Part shown: positions 49,815 to 62,155 of the stretch, piece after piece | How the letters are laid out: the number at the start of each line of letters is the position of its first letter | Position numbering within the stretch: the stretch's first letter is position 1 | Assembly: GCF_001194135.2 (NCBI RefSeq) | Contig: NC_068984.1 | Span: 74,927,234-74,991,233, forward strand | Origin: Octopus bimaculoides | Lineage: Eukaryota | Length of the DNA stretch: 64,000 nucleotides | Reading direction: 5' to 3' | Translations under genes and position numbers: made by a program | The notes under the pieces: model-generated | What the model was told of the DNA's origin: nothing | Database searches by the model: none | What the model saw: the letters and a program-made list of their open reading frames with translations, nothing else

Positions 49815-50162
49815 TATTTTATTCTTTTACTTGTTTCAGTCATTTGGCTGCAGCCATGCTGGAGCACCACCTTTAGTCGAGCAAATCAACCCCAGGACTT
49901 ATTCTAGTATTTATTCCATTGGTCTCTTTTGCCGAACTGCTAAGTTACAGGGACGTAAACACATCAGCATCGGTTGTCAAGCAATGTTGGGGGGACAAAC
50001 ACAGACACAAACATATGCGCACACACACACGCACACACATATATATATATGTATTTATTATTTATTTTTCTGGAGAACATCATTATTTTTCTTTGTGATT
50101 GAGTCGTTGATGACCTCTTTCTAGCATATTGGAGGTCCACCTAGTGGTCATCCCTTATACAC

Positions 50163-50204
<42 letters not shown>

Positions 50205-50370
50205 GACAGGCTTCTTTCAATTTCTGTCTACTAAATCCATTCACAATACTTTGGTTAGCCCAAGGTTGTAGCAGAAGACACTTGCCCAAGGTGCTACACA
50301 GTGGGACTGAAACCAGAACCATATGGTTGGTAAACAAGCTACTTACCACACAGCCACTCCTGCACATAAA
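49815..50370 (-). mobile_element. SINE family C, near full-length with an expanded central microsatellite
   Basis: The head AGGAGTGGCTGTGTGGTAAGTAGCTTG and the tail blocks are both present. Confidence 0.8.
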
Positions 50371-52086
50371 CTTTAACAACAAAATATTATATGGAACCCC
50401 TAAGGGTCATATGGACCCTGGTTGAGAATTTCTGGTATAGACTGTGGTATGCTTGTTAAGGGGAGTATGGACATTATTCAATATCTACAGGCCAATTTAA
50501 GGTGGCAAGCTGACAGAAGTGTTACCATGCTGGACAAAATGCATAACAGCATTTCTTCTGCTTTGACATTCTGAGTTCAAATGCTGCTGAGGTTGACTTT
50601 GTTTTTCACCTTTTCGGGGTCAGTAAAAGAAGTACCTGTTGTGCATTGTGGTCAATATAATTGACTTAAGACCTCCATCAGTTGAGGCTGATCATATTTC
50701 AGCACAATTAGGAACAGGTCTGGGCAAGTGTTTTGAAAGAGGATGGCAGTCATCCATACATGCAAGACTCCCCCGTCTCCACACCATCAATGTTTAACCA
50801 AAAGGAAGAGTTAGCATGCTGGACAAAGTGCTTAGCAGGAATTCATCCATCTTTACGTTTTGTGTTCAAATTTTGCTGTCAGGGGTTGATGAAATAAGTA
50901 CCAGCTGAGAACTAGAATCGAAATTGAAGGCCTTGTGCTAAAACTGGAAACCAATAGTGAGGGGTTGCAAGCAGGCAGAACTGTTACTGCACCAAGCAAA
51001 ATGCTTAGCGTCATTTTGCCTGTCTTCATATTCTGAGTTCAAATTCCATCAAGGTTCACTTTACCTTTTATCCTTTCAGGGTCAATAAATTAAGTACCAG
51101 TTGAACACTAGAGAGGATTTAATCATCTTAGCCCCCTCCCCCAATATTGCAGGCCTTGTGCCAAAATTAGGAACTGAAGTTAATCCATAAGAAAGGTTGG
51201 TGATTTCAGCCCATACACCTTGGCACATAAATTGTTGTGACAGGTGTTGCAGGCAGAACACAATGAAAAGGAATAGATACCACAAAGTATCCTACCCAAA
51301 CCTCAACCAGTTCTGCCAATCCACCACCCTGGATTGTTAATTTCTTATCTATCCCAAAACAATGAAAGACAAAATTAACCACAGAGAGATTTGAACTCAA
51401 AGAACAGACAGTCAGAACAACTATCATAACATGTTCTACTATCTACAAACTACATACTGTCTCTCATCTCTCTCATTGTAGGAAGCATATATAAACAATA
51501 GCTACCTTCACATTATAACCTTATTAAATCATATGACCAAAAATATGTGACAATCCCATATTGGACAAGAATAGACAGAAATGATTTTTTAGTAGAGTTC
51601 ATGTTATCAGCAATGCCAGCATCAAAAAGGTCATCAGTTCAAAACTTTTGTGATAACTCAGAAGATTCTAGATTTGTATTCTTATGACTTAGACTATAGA
51701 ACTTTGGTACATCATAATAAACATTGTGTTCATAATCCTTCAATGTGTTTATACTAGGATATAATACATACACACACACGCATGCATGCATATACATCAT
51801 CATCATCATATCCGTCTTTAACATTTGTTTTCCATGCTGGTATTGGGTGAACAGGAAATAATGAAAATGGTGAACATGTATATACATATATATAATGCAT
51901 GTGTATGTGTATTATAACTGAGTGGTTGGCGTTAGGAAGGGCATCCAGCTGTAGAAACTCTGCCAAATTAGACTGGAGCCTGGTGTTGCCATCCGGTTTC
52001 ACCAGTCCTCAGTCAAATCGTCCAACCCATGCTAGCATGGAAAGCGGACGTTAAACGATGATGATGATGATGATGATGTATAAATG

Positions 52087-52141
<55 letters not shown>

Positions 52142-52151
52142 ATAATAAGAT

Positions 52152-52347
52152 TCCTTGGATGGAATATATAAATATTTTAATGCATCACTTTGTGCATTTC
52201 CACAAATCACATATTTTTTAAGATCATAGTCCATTACAGACTGCACTGTAATCATCCCAGGAATATGGACTACGATCTTTAGAAAAGTGTGATTTGTGGA
52301 AATGCTTGTAGTGATGCATTAAAATATTTATAAATTCCATCCAAGGA
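52152..52347. repeat. Long inverted repeat with 83-bp arms (52152-52234 and 52265-52347) and a 30-nt spacer
   Basis: By-eye alignment gives about 10 mismatches in 83. Confidence 0.9.
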
Positions 52348-52870
52348 TTATTATTATCATTATCATTATATTTATCATACATTATATCAGCACAGCTTGG
52401 TGCAACTCCAAAACACTGGTATCTCCAGCTGGCATCAATAGGCTGTAACCGACATACTAAAATAGCTTTTTTATATGCATATTCAAAACATTTCCCATAA
52501 ACGAACTTAAAGGATATATATACATATAAATATATATTCAGTGCATGTGTATTTCTTTACTATTGTTTTTTTTTTTTCAACACAGATATTCATCATGGAC
52601 TTACTGCAGGGTAACATGACCAAATCTTCTAAGATACTGAGTCATTTTTTTGTGAGGGAGATATGTGTACATGCATGCAAGCAAAATCTGAGTCCAAAGT
52701 AACATTCAGTAAATATGTAGTATAGTTGCATGCAGTTCATTTCATCCCATCCCCATTTGTTTTTCGTTTGTGTGTGTTTGTATGTATCTGTAAAAAAAAA
52801 GACTGTGATTTGTCTAGAGCAAATTAGAGTTGAACTATTTGAGAGTCAGGAGAAAAAAAAGAAAACTTAC

Positions 52871-52932
52871 CTTTTCTGCTTCATCATTTCTACCTAACAA
52901 ACTGTAGACAATTCCAAGATTCAGGTAAGCCA
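52871..52932 (-). CDS. TMTC2: TMTC2 exon (AYLNLGIVYSLLGRNDEAEK; 62 nt, phase 1 to 0)
   Basis: (TTA)n-TTTACAG acceptor, GTAAGT donor; matches recalled SAYLNTGIILMNQGRTEEA. Confidence 0.9.
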
Positions 52933-52937
52933 CTGTA

Positions 52938-53015
<78 letters not shown>
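52938..53015. repeat. (AAT)n microsatellite abutting the TMTC2 splice acceptor
   Basis: Directly visible, about 26 units. Confidence 0.95.
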
Positions 53016-53404
53016 TCAAATAATAGTGCTCCTGGGAACCGCTTATATCCTAAGAAAAATATTGTCAATATGATTCCAAAAACATTTTAATCTGTGAATA
53101 TTATCAAAAGTACTATTAAATGTACATAACAGTAAACACCTTTTACTGTCATTTTAAGATCACACTTATCATCTTATCATCAAATTACTTTTAAAACAAA
53201 CTTAATTTTCTTATGTTTTGACAGACACTCTCTAGAACAATATTCTGTGCCAAACCAAAAATATGGTACCCTAGTCACAATACCAACTTCTAACTTGTCT
53301 CTGGAGGTCTCTGGGTAAGACTTGGAGTCAACTTGTACAAATACAAAGCAAAAGCCAAATATATAATGATGCTGATGATGATGATAATAATAATAATAAT
53401 AATA

Positions 53405-53850
53405 ATAATTTGTTCTTTTATTGGCCACAAGGGCTAATATAACTATACATAAAACAACATGCAATAACATAAAAGACAACACAAGACAATACAAAGGGTT
53501 TTACTGTGTGTAAACAATAAAAGCAATCAAAGTTAAACAATATAAAACTCATAAAAGAGAAGGCACTCTCAGGCTACTCATGGAAAACCCACAAAAACCA
53601 CAGGTGCCTGACCAACCAGGCAAGAGCCCTTCTCCTTTTATTTCTTCACAGGTGTATACTCAGAATTGGTCCTTTCACACTGGCCTTTCTTCCAACATTC
53701 ACCCACCTTTCAATAAACTTGCTAGAAGATAACACTTCCCTCTTCACTCTCAATTTCCTTTTGAAGTGAAACTTGAAGAAGTCAATGAGAGCTCTATCAA
53801 ACAACAATGTATCTCTCCTCATGCCTTTCAGCCTTGTCCAATAATGATAA
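53405..53850 (-). mobile_element. 3' end of a second Tx1/L1-type LINE
   Basis: Minus-strand WTRLKGMRRDT...FFKFHFKRKLRVKREVLSSSKFIERWVNV is homologous to the ORF2 C-terminus near 13850-14030. Ends TTAGCCCTTGTGGCCAATAAAAGAACAAA(TTA)n. Confidence 0.75.
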
Positions 53851-53854
53851 TGAA

Positions 53855-55385
53855 GATTATCTATGGAACATAATACTGTAGTGATATGGAACTGGATAGC
53901 CTAGTCTAGTCTGTGCAGATTTTCTCCAATGATATTAAGATGGAGTTTGGGCTCCTAAAATGTGCTACGATGGTGATGAGCTGAGGAAAGCTTATCAGAA
54001 CAGAAGGCATAGGTTTTCCAAGTGGTGAGATGATGAAGGCAATTCAACCTCAATCCAGCTATAAATACCTGAAAATACTTGAGGCAGATGGAATTAAACA
54101 TAGCATGAAGGAAAAGACAAAAAGAAAGTACCTTCAGCAAGTGAGAAAAATACAGGCTTTACAGCTGAATGCTAGAAACGATTTCAGCAATAAACTCACA
54201 CACAGTAGCAGTAGTTCGGTATAGCACTGGAATTCTGAAGTGGACAGAGGAGAAGCAAAAGGAGACAGGAAGTCAAGAAAGCTCCTAACAATGCATGGAG
54301 CCCATCATCCATGTGTAGACACTGATCGTCCATACATGAAAAGAGCAACTTGAGGAAGAGGACTGATAAGTCCAGAAGAGCTTAATGAGATACCTAGTCC
54401 AAAGTAAAGAGACCTTGCTAGTGTCAGTTTGGAATGAAGGAGTATTGAAAGCAGAATAAAAAAGGAAAGATGAAGGAAGAAGTACACAAAGGACATGAAG
54501 AAGAATTGCACAGCAAGGGACTACACAATCAATTCCATGTAGCCACAACAGAAGCTGCTGGGAAAATATAGGTGGGATTGGCTGAAGAAAAGAACACTAA
54601 AAAAAGAGACCAAGAGCACTATACTGGCAGTGCAAGACCAAGCTTTGGCTATAAACTGGAGGGTCAACTTTTGGAATGAGCAAGTGTCTCCACTGTGCCA
54701 CATTTGTAATAGAGTGAATCAAACCATTGCCCATATCACAAACGAATGCCCTAGACTTTCCCCAAACCACTACAAGTTGTGGCAACATGATCAGGTAGCA
54801 AAAGTGCTACATTGGAAACTGTGCAAAAAGTGGGGGGGGGGCTAGAGAGAGGCAAGATGTGACATGAGTACAAAACACAGAGAGTGGCAAAGATAGAGAC
54901 TAGCAAAATCTTCTGGGATTTCCCAATCTAAACATATCAGGTGCTAGAGCATAACAGACCAGACCTAATGGTGGTTAACAAGATGCACCACATGCTATGC
55001 TCCTTTGACCCACACATACTCAAGAAGGAAGATGAAAAACTAGATAAATACAACCCTCTTAAATACGAAATAGCCCAGCTATGGAAAATGAAGGTGAAGA
55101 TAGTGCCAATTGTTGGGTCTTTGGGGACATTATCAGAAGGCATCAAGAGGAATATTAAGGAAATTGGAATAGAGTGCCAGTAGAACTGTTACAAAAGGTT
55201 TGCTTCCTTGGCACGGCCAGAATAATCCAGAAAGTATTAGATAGCTGAAAAGAATGGATAGCATGGTGCCGTAGGCTGCAGGTAGCAAGCCCACTGTACA
55301 TGCAAGAATCCAGGAGTTCCAACAAAACCAGTGATAAAAAGAAATAATAATAATAACAACAACAACAACAATAATAATAATAAAA
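53855..55385 (+). mobile_element. R4/Dong-clade non-LTR retrotransposon, 3' part (RT thumb, CCHC finger, restriction-like endonuclease), degraded
   Basis: Motifs DIKMEFGLLKCA, CHICNRVNQTIAHITNECP, QHDQVAKVLHWKLC, HNRPDL, EKLDKYNPLKYEI and IVPIVGSLG; followed by (TAA/CAA)n. Confidence 0.85.
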
Positions 55386-56432
55386 GGAACTACTTGAGAA
55401 TGATCGCTGGCTTATCATCCCTGCAAGTGGAAACAATTGTTTTAACTGGTACATCTCGCATATGGAGAAGAACATTGTTAGTGTGAGAACAATTATTACC
55501 CAAGTATTTAAATTTTTTTCTCACATGACATTTAATTTTGAAAATAAACAATCTGATGTGTTTAGTTTAATAGCCTAGCAATGTATATAGTGGGCTTCTT
55601 TGCCCTAGGGGTTGGGAAGACACTCCGTAAGAAATGGAAACAAAACTGAACGGAAAAAAAAATCTCATAATAGTAATCTCTATTAAATCCTACTCTACTA
55701 TCTTGAAACAAGAAGGACATACTGTATGATGTAATCCTAGTTGCACTTAGGGTAGAATAGTCACATTTGGAACAACTCTGATCACAGGTCTACTAAATCA
55801 AGCTTGACATAGGTTCTGAACCACAACAGCAACTAAATTATAACAAAATCTAAAATAACTGGAAAATAACTTAGTAAACCAAGAACTTACCTTTTACTTC
55901 ATAACATTCCTTTCTACTATAGGCACAAGGCACGAATTTTAGTGGGGAGGGGTCAGTCGATTAGATCAACTCCAGTACGCAACTGGTACTTAAGTTATCG
56001 AGCCCCAAAAGGATGAAAGGCAAAGTTGACCTTGGCAGAATTTGAACTCCGAATATAAAGTCAGATGAAATACTTCTAAGCATTTCGCCCGGTGTGCTAA
56101 CGATTCTGCCAGCTCACCACCTTGTACTTCATAGTAATCAACATACAAAGGTTAAAATATCTTTTTATAATTTTCCATTAAGAGATAAAGATATTAAAGC
56201 ACATGTCCTAATCTTTCATCGTAATCTTTTACTTGCTTTAGTCATTAGTCAGTGGCCATGCTGGGGCACCACCATGAAGAATTTTAATCATGCAAATCAA
56301 CCCCAGTACTTATTCTATTGGTCTCTTTTGCTAAACCCCTAAGTTACGGGGAGGTAAACACACCAAAACCAGTTATCAAACAGTGGTGGGTGATAAACAC
56401 ACACACACACACACAGAGGTATATATATATAT

Positions 56433-56477
56433 GCGACCCTGATGAGATGGAGTATCCAGAAATTTGTAATATGTTGT
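56433..56477 (+). ncRNA. Degenerate minimal hammerhead-ribozyme-like motif
   Basis: GCGACC-CTGATGA-GATGGAGTATCCA-GAAA-TTTGTAATA-TGTTGT; stems are imperfect. Confidence 0.2.
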
Positions 56478-57264
56478 AATTTGTTACAATATTTTACAAG
56501 ACATCTGATGATGTGGTTTATTTTTCCGGGATACCCTATTGAAATGTGCATAGGTTTGGCTTATTGTGGNNNNNNNNNNCTTATTGTGGTTGTTTCTGTT
56601 ATTATAATTGTTGCTGCAATAAAGTATCTTCAATGCATTGATTTTGAGCTCTATCCTTTAAGAGACATGTATATATATATATATATACAATGGGCTTCTT
56701 TCAGTTTTTGTCTACAAATCCACTTACAAGGTTTTGATCAGCCCAGGGTTATAGTAGAAGACACTTGCCTAAGGTGCCATGTGGTGGTTGGAAATCAAAC
56801 TTCTTGCCACACAGCCATGCTTAACTGGGTTTGATTCTAGTACAAAGTGGCATGTCATGTAGTAAACCAAGGCACTTCATTTCATGATGCTCCAACCTAC
56901 TCAACTATAAAATGAGTGCTAGCCACACACTAGTGCAGTTTCTCTCTCTCTCTCCAACTGTTACATCATCAATGATCTGCTAAGTCAAATATGAGTTAGT
57001 GGGAGTATGTCTAAGTCTGTTTGTGACTACATAGGCATCAAAAACAATTTAGCATTAGCATGGTACATGTGAACAACTCTCACTCACTTGCAAGTGACAG
57101 CTGCCTGTACTTGTAAAGTCCACTCAGCTGAAAATGAAAACTAACAGTAGCAGCTGTGAGTGTTGGGGGTAACCCTGCAAGCAACTGGCACTTTGTCATG
57201 CATTAGGAGTAGCAATTGCTCAATGTTCCAGTCTCGCTTTAAAAGAAACTTACTATGGTAGGAA

Positions 57265-57484
57265 GGTGGCGAGCTCGCAGAAACGTTAGCACGCTGGTAT
57301 TTCGTCTGCCGTTACATTCTGAGTTCAAATTCCTTCGAGGTCGACTTTGCCTTTCATCCTTTCGGGGTCGATAAATTAAGTACCAGTTACGCACTGGGGT
57401 CGATGTAATCGACTTAATCCCATTGTTTGTCCTTGTTTGTCCCCTCTATGTTTAGCCCCTTGTGGGCAATAAAGAAATAAGAAA
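57265..57484 (+). mobile_element. Young SINE family A copy with a 15-bp target-site duplication
   Basis: AAGAAACTTACTATG at 57243-57257 and 57479-57493; CpGs are largely intact, unlike neighbouring copies. Confidence 0.9.
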
Positions 57485-57564
57485 CTTACTATGACAGTCA
57501 GTTATAATTGTTTCACACCTTGATGAAAAGATGCGGTTGACTGACAGAATAGATAGGTACTTAC

Positions 57565-57650
57565 TTGTGAGTTTCGGACGGCATAAAATTGCTGTCTTGT
57601 AGCTCTCTATTGCTTCATGATAACGTTGCTGATCTTGTAAAAGAATACCT
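57565..57650 (-). CDS. TMTC2: TMTC2 exon (GILLQDQQRYHEAIESYKTAILCRPKLT; 86 nt, phase 2 to 1); most 5' exon found in the window
   Basis: TTTATTTTCCAG acceptor, GTAAGT donor; matches recalled LGLLLQENSRFAEALHYYKLAIGSRPTLA. Confidence 0.9.
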
Positions 57651-57804
57651 CTGGAAAATAAAGTGAAATGTAAATTAAAATTTATTTTCAAAAAAATAGT
57701 TATTTCTGTTTAATTTTGTAATTTTATCTGGATTTCTTGAAATGAGTTATCATTACCAAATACAGTAGAGACCTGAAGAAGGTTGGAGAATATACTGACT
57801 GAAA

Positions 57805-58240
57805 TAATGGTTCCAAATTTTGGCACAAAGTCAGCAATTTCTGGGGAGGGATTAGATTGAGTACATCAAACCCAGTACTCAACTGGTACACACTGAAAGG
57901 ACGAAAGGCAAAGTCAACCTTGGCAGAATTTGAACTCAGAATATAAAGATGGATGAAACGCTGCTAAGCATTTTGCTTGGCATGCGAACAATTCTGCCAG
58001 CTCACTGCCTTTATTGGCCTGAATATTGGTTTCAAATTTTGGCAGAAGAACAGTAATTTCAGGGGGAGGGATTAAATCAATTACATCAAACGCAGTGCTC
58101 AACTAGTACTTATTTTATTGACCTTGAAAGGATGAAAAGCAAAGTCAACCTCAATGGAATTTGAACTCAGAACCTAAAATGCTTAGCAACATTTTGCCCA
58201 GTGTGCTAATGATTCTGACAGCTGGTCACATTTATTGACC
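57805..58240 (-). mobile_element. Tandem SINE family A dimer, CpG-eroded
   Basis: Two successive copies with many CpG to TpG/CpA changes relative to 28248-28482. Confidence 0.8.
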
Positions 58241-58865
58241 TAAATATTGAGACCATAACAACTAAGACAAAGACACTAGTTTCAATGTGTCAGTGTATAA
58301 TAGTCACCATTAGACAATTATTATAAAGAGTTCTTGCTTCTTGTTCATCATAATATCTCAGGTCAAGCTTGGTTTTGTGATTTAAATTGGGTGACTGAAT
58401 TTGTGAAGAAGCCTGTTAGACAGGCTGTACCTGTTCATGAGTGATAAAGTTAATCTGCTACACTGTTTAATGGCACCACTTTAACATCTGGAAGCCTTTT
58501 TATTGAACCCACACTGTTGCAAACATTCCAACCAGGCTTTCAGACTTAGAATAATCCAAGAGTGTTATTCCTAGTATTCCAGCTATCTAAAAGACAATGC
58601 AAAAATATCATGAGTACTACCTTTCCTCCCTCTGTCTAAGCCATAAAAAGAAAACAGCTAATTGTCACCAATTCACGGAGATCCATTGTAGCTTTTACTT
58701 ATAGTGTCCTGTAACATTAAGCCAATGAGAAATAATTTTCTTTTCTGAAATAGCCCACTGGTCTATTGCAGATATAAATTTTCCTGCAGAGGGATCGAAA
58801 ATCAACAGCAATCAAGCTAAAGAGAGAAACCTAGATATGTTTGAGAAATCTGGATTTGTTTATAC

Positions 58866-59196
58866 AAGGCCTGACCAACTTGAATTACATTGTGGGCCAC
58901 TTTAATCACAGAAAGTGTTTTGAGAGATGCTTGTATACTGACAGAATTGAAAGTATTTTGCTTTCTCATGCTATTTTAACAATAATGAATGAATGATTGT
59001 TGATCCAACATGAAATATTATTGTTGCAAAAACAGTAGTATCTTCCTTTTTTACTTTTCATTACAACCTTTAATTTTTGATAAAATATTTAAAATGTTTG
59101 TTTAAATAAACCCATTTCAAGAAAGTATCATGCGGGCCACAAGATAAAAGTCTGCAGGCCGCATGTGGCCCGCAGGCCTCAGGTTGGCCAGCCCTG
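58866..59196. mobile_element. hAT-type (Charlie-like) MITE
   Basis: 14-bp imperfect TIRs (AAGGCCTGACCAAC / GTTGGCCAGCCCTG), 8-bp TSD GTTTATAC / GTCTATAC, and subterminal GCAGGCCGCATGTGGCCCGC. Confidence 0.65.
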
Positions 59197-59667
59197 GTCT
59201 ATACTAAAGGCCTCTTTTTCAGGCTACTCAAAATGTTAGAACAGTCAAATCTCCTTCAAACTACCATCCTAAAAACAGACCACAGCATAGTGTAGTCCAA
59301 AGTATATTTATCCTGGAAAAACAAGAAAAAGTCAATAAAATAGTACTAGCCAGAATGTTTCTAACTATAGATCAGCTTGATCAGAGACCAAGTCGAAAGT
59401 ACACAAGCTGGATAGAATAAAGAACAGGAGAGATATGCTTGATTTCAGATTTGCTTGATCAGGTTTGATCTTGGGACAAAACAGCAACAAAGCAAAAAAA
59501 GGTATAGGGAAAAAGGATAAGAGGGGCTAACTGTGCCATTTTATATCATAAAGGAACACTTGATCAGTTAGCAACAGAAAGGGCATCTAACTGTGAAAAT
59601 ACTGCTTCGAGAAGACTCATGTAATCTATGCCAGCATGGAAAAATGGACATAAAATGATTGTGGATA

Positions 59668-59735
59668 ATGATGATGATGATGATGACAGTGATGATGATG
59701 ATGATGATGAGGAGGAGGAGGAGGAGGAGGAGGAG
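59668..59735. repeat. (GAT)n(GAG)n microsatellite
   Basis: Directly visible. Confidence 0.95.
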
Positions 59736-60621
59736 GGCACCACTGTCACCAACAATGTTGACAATGATTTTGAATAATGAAATTGCTATTTTTATTTCAT
59801 CTCATAAATTCAGTCCTCTCATCATCAATGAATCAACATCATGAACTAGGCTTCAACTCCAAAGGACTAAATGTCAAATGTTAACAGTTTACATTAGATA
59901 ATTTAATTTAAAATTATTTAATCTATAATTTTAGATTAAAACTACTTCAAAAAGCTATTTCTGCTACACCATCAAAAGAAAATAAGAACAAAAAAAATAA
60001 ATTAAATGTCTGCAATTTTTTTTTTCATTTTGGCCTGCTTGATTGGAATTATTTATTCTTTTGTTTGTTTGTTTTTATTTTTTTGATTATTTCCTTGTGG
60101 TAAAGACAATTGTTGTTACCAGTACCAATTTTACCAAAAAAAAAAAAAATGACAAAAAATTTGAAAAGCATAAAATCATCAAAATTAAAAAGAAATTCTT
60201 AAAAAAAAAAAAAATTCAGAAATGTTTACAAGAAAAGAACTATCAAAATATAATTTTCTCAGCTATAAGAGGTGGGGGAATGTGTGAACTTTGGCATGGC
60301 AGAAATCACAACAGAATTGGGGTTTTTATGTGTTAACATTTAATCCTAGGGTCAATATAGAGTTAATGCTGAGTCCTATCATTTGTTACACAAATCATTT
60401 TATGAGACATGCGTTTATGTGAAAGCATACGTATGAATATGTATGCGTATAAATGTATGAAGGTGTGTGTATGTGTTACGTATGCATGAATGTAAGTATA
60501 CATGTGAGAGAACATATGTATGCATGTATGTGTGTGTGTGTGTGTAAACATCAATGAATTAATGTTAGTGCACATTTGTGTGTATGTATATGCAAAGAGA
60601 AAAAAAAAANNNNNNNNNNTT

Positions 60622-60657
<36 letters not shown>

Positions 60658-62009
60658 TATAATCCATGTCAGCTTGGAAAATGGATGATGATGATGATGA
60701 TGGCAATGATGTGTGTGTGTGTGTGCATGTATCTAAGTATGTGAGATGGCATGTTTACATGTGGAAGAATATAAGCTTGTGTAAGTATGCATGCATACAT
60801 ATACACACATGTATGTAATGTACTTATGCTATGAGTGTGTGTGTGTGTACTTATGCTGTGTATGTGTACTTATGCTGTGTGTGTGTACTTATGCTGTGTG
60901 TGTGTGTGTGTGTGTGTGTGATGTCACGTCTGCGTGCATTGATCCTTGTCTTGCTGGAATAATCCCACAGGAGCTTCAATTAAAAACTCTCAAATTATGA
61001 ACCTAAGACCTCAGGGTTTTTCTGATTACAGAAGGATGTTTTGACAGTATTTCAGTTTCATCATGCTGAAAATCATTCAAAGCAAACCAGATGGTGATAA
61101 GGAGGGGGGNNNNNNNNNNNNNNNNNNNNNNNNNNNNNNNNNNNNNNNNNNNNNNNNNNNNNNNNNNNNNNNNNNNNNNNNNNNNNNNNNNNNNNNNNNN
61201 NNNNNNNNNNNNNNNNNNNNNNNNNNNNNNNNNNNNNNNNNNNNNNNNNNNNNNNNNNNNNNNNNNNNNNNNNNNNNNNNNNNNNNNNNNNNNNNNNNNN
61301 NNNNNNNNNNNNNNNNNNNNNNNNNNNNNNNNNNNNNNNNNNNNNNNNNNNNNNNNNNNNNNNNNNNNNNNNNNNNNNNNNNNNNNNNNNNNNNNNNNNN
61401 NNNNNNNNNNNNNNNNNNNNNNNNNNNNNNNNNNNNNNNNNNNNNNNNNNNNNNNNNNNNNNNNNNNNNNNNNNNNNNNNNNNNNNNNNNNNNNNNNNNN
61501 NNNNNNNNNNNNNNNNNNNNNNNNNNNNNNNNNNNNNNNNNNNNNNNNNNNNNNNNNNNNNNNNNNNNNNNNNNNNNNNNNNNNNNNNNNNNNNNNNNNN
61601 NNNNNNNNNNNNNNNNNNNNNNNNNNNNNNNNNNNNNNNNNNNNNNNNNNNNNNNNNNNNNNNNNNNNNNNNNNNNNNNNNNNNNNNNNNNNNNNNNNNN
61701 NNNNNNNNNNNNNNNNNNNNNNNNNNNNNNNNNNNNNNNNNNNNNNNNNNNNNNNNNNNNNNNNNNNNNNNNNNNNNNNNNNNNNNNNNNNNNNNNNNNN
61801 NNNNNNNNNNNNNNNNNNNNNNNNNNNNNNNNNNNNNNNNNNNNNNNNNNNNNNNNNNNNNNNNNNNNNNNNNNNNNNNNNNNNNNNNNNNNCTCTCTCT
61901 CTCTCTCACTCTCTTTCTCTCTCTCTCACACACACACAATTTATTTGTCCTTACTTAATTATAATATATCTGCTGATACATATCTTCTAACCTTCTTAAC
62001 AATCTATCT

Positions 62010-62155
62010 ACATGTCTTACCTACCTATCTATCCTCCTTACCTACTTGGCTATCTATCTATCGATTCATCCATCCATCCACCTACCTATCTATATACCTA
62101 TAAATCTACCTACCTACCTACCTACCTACCTACCTATCTATCTATCTATCTGCAT
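62010..62155. repeat. (CCTA)n/(TCTA)n/(CATC)n compound microsatellite
   Basis: Directly visible. Confidence 0.9.
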
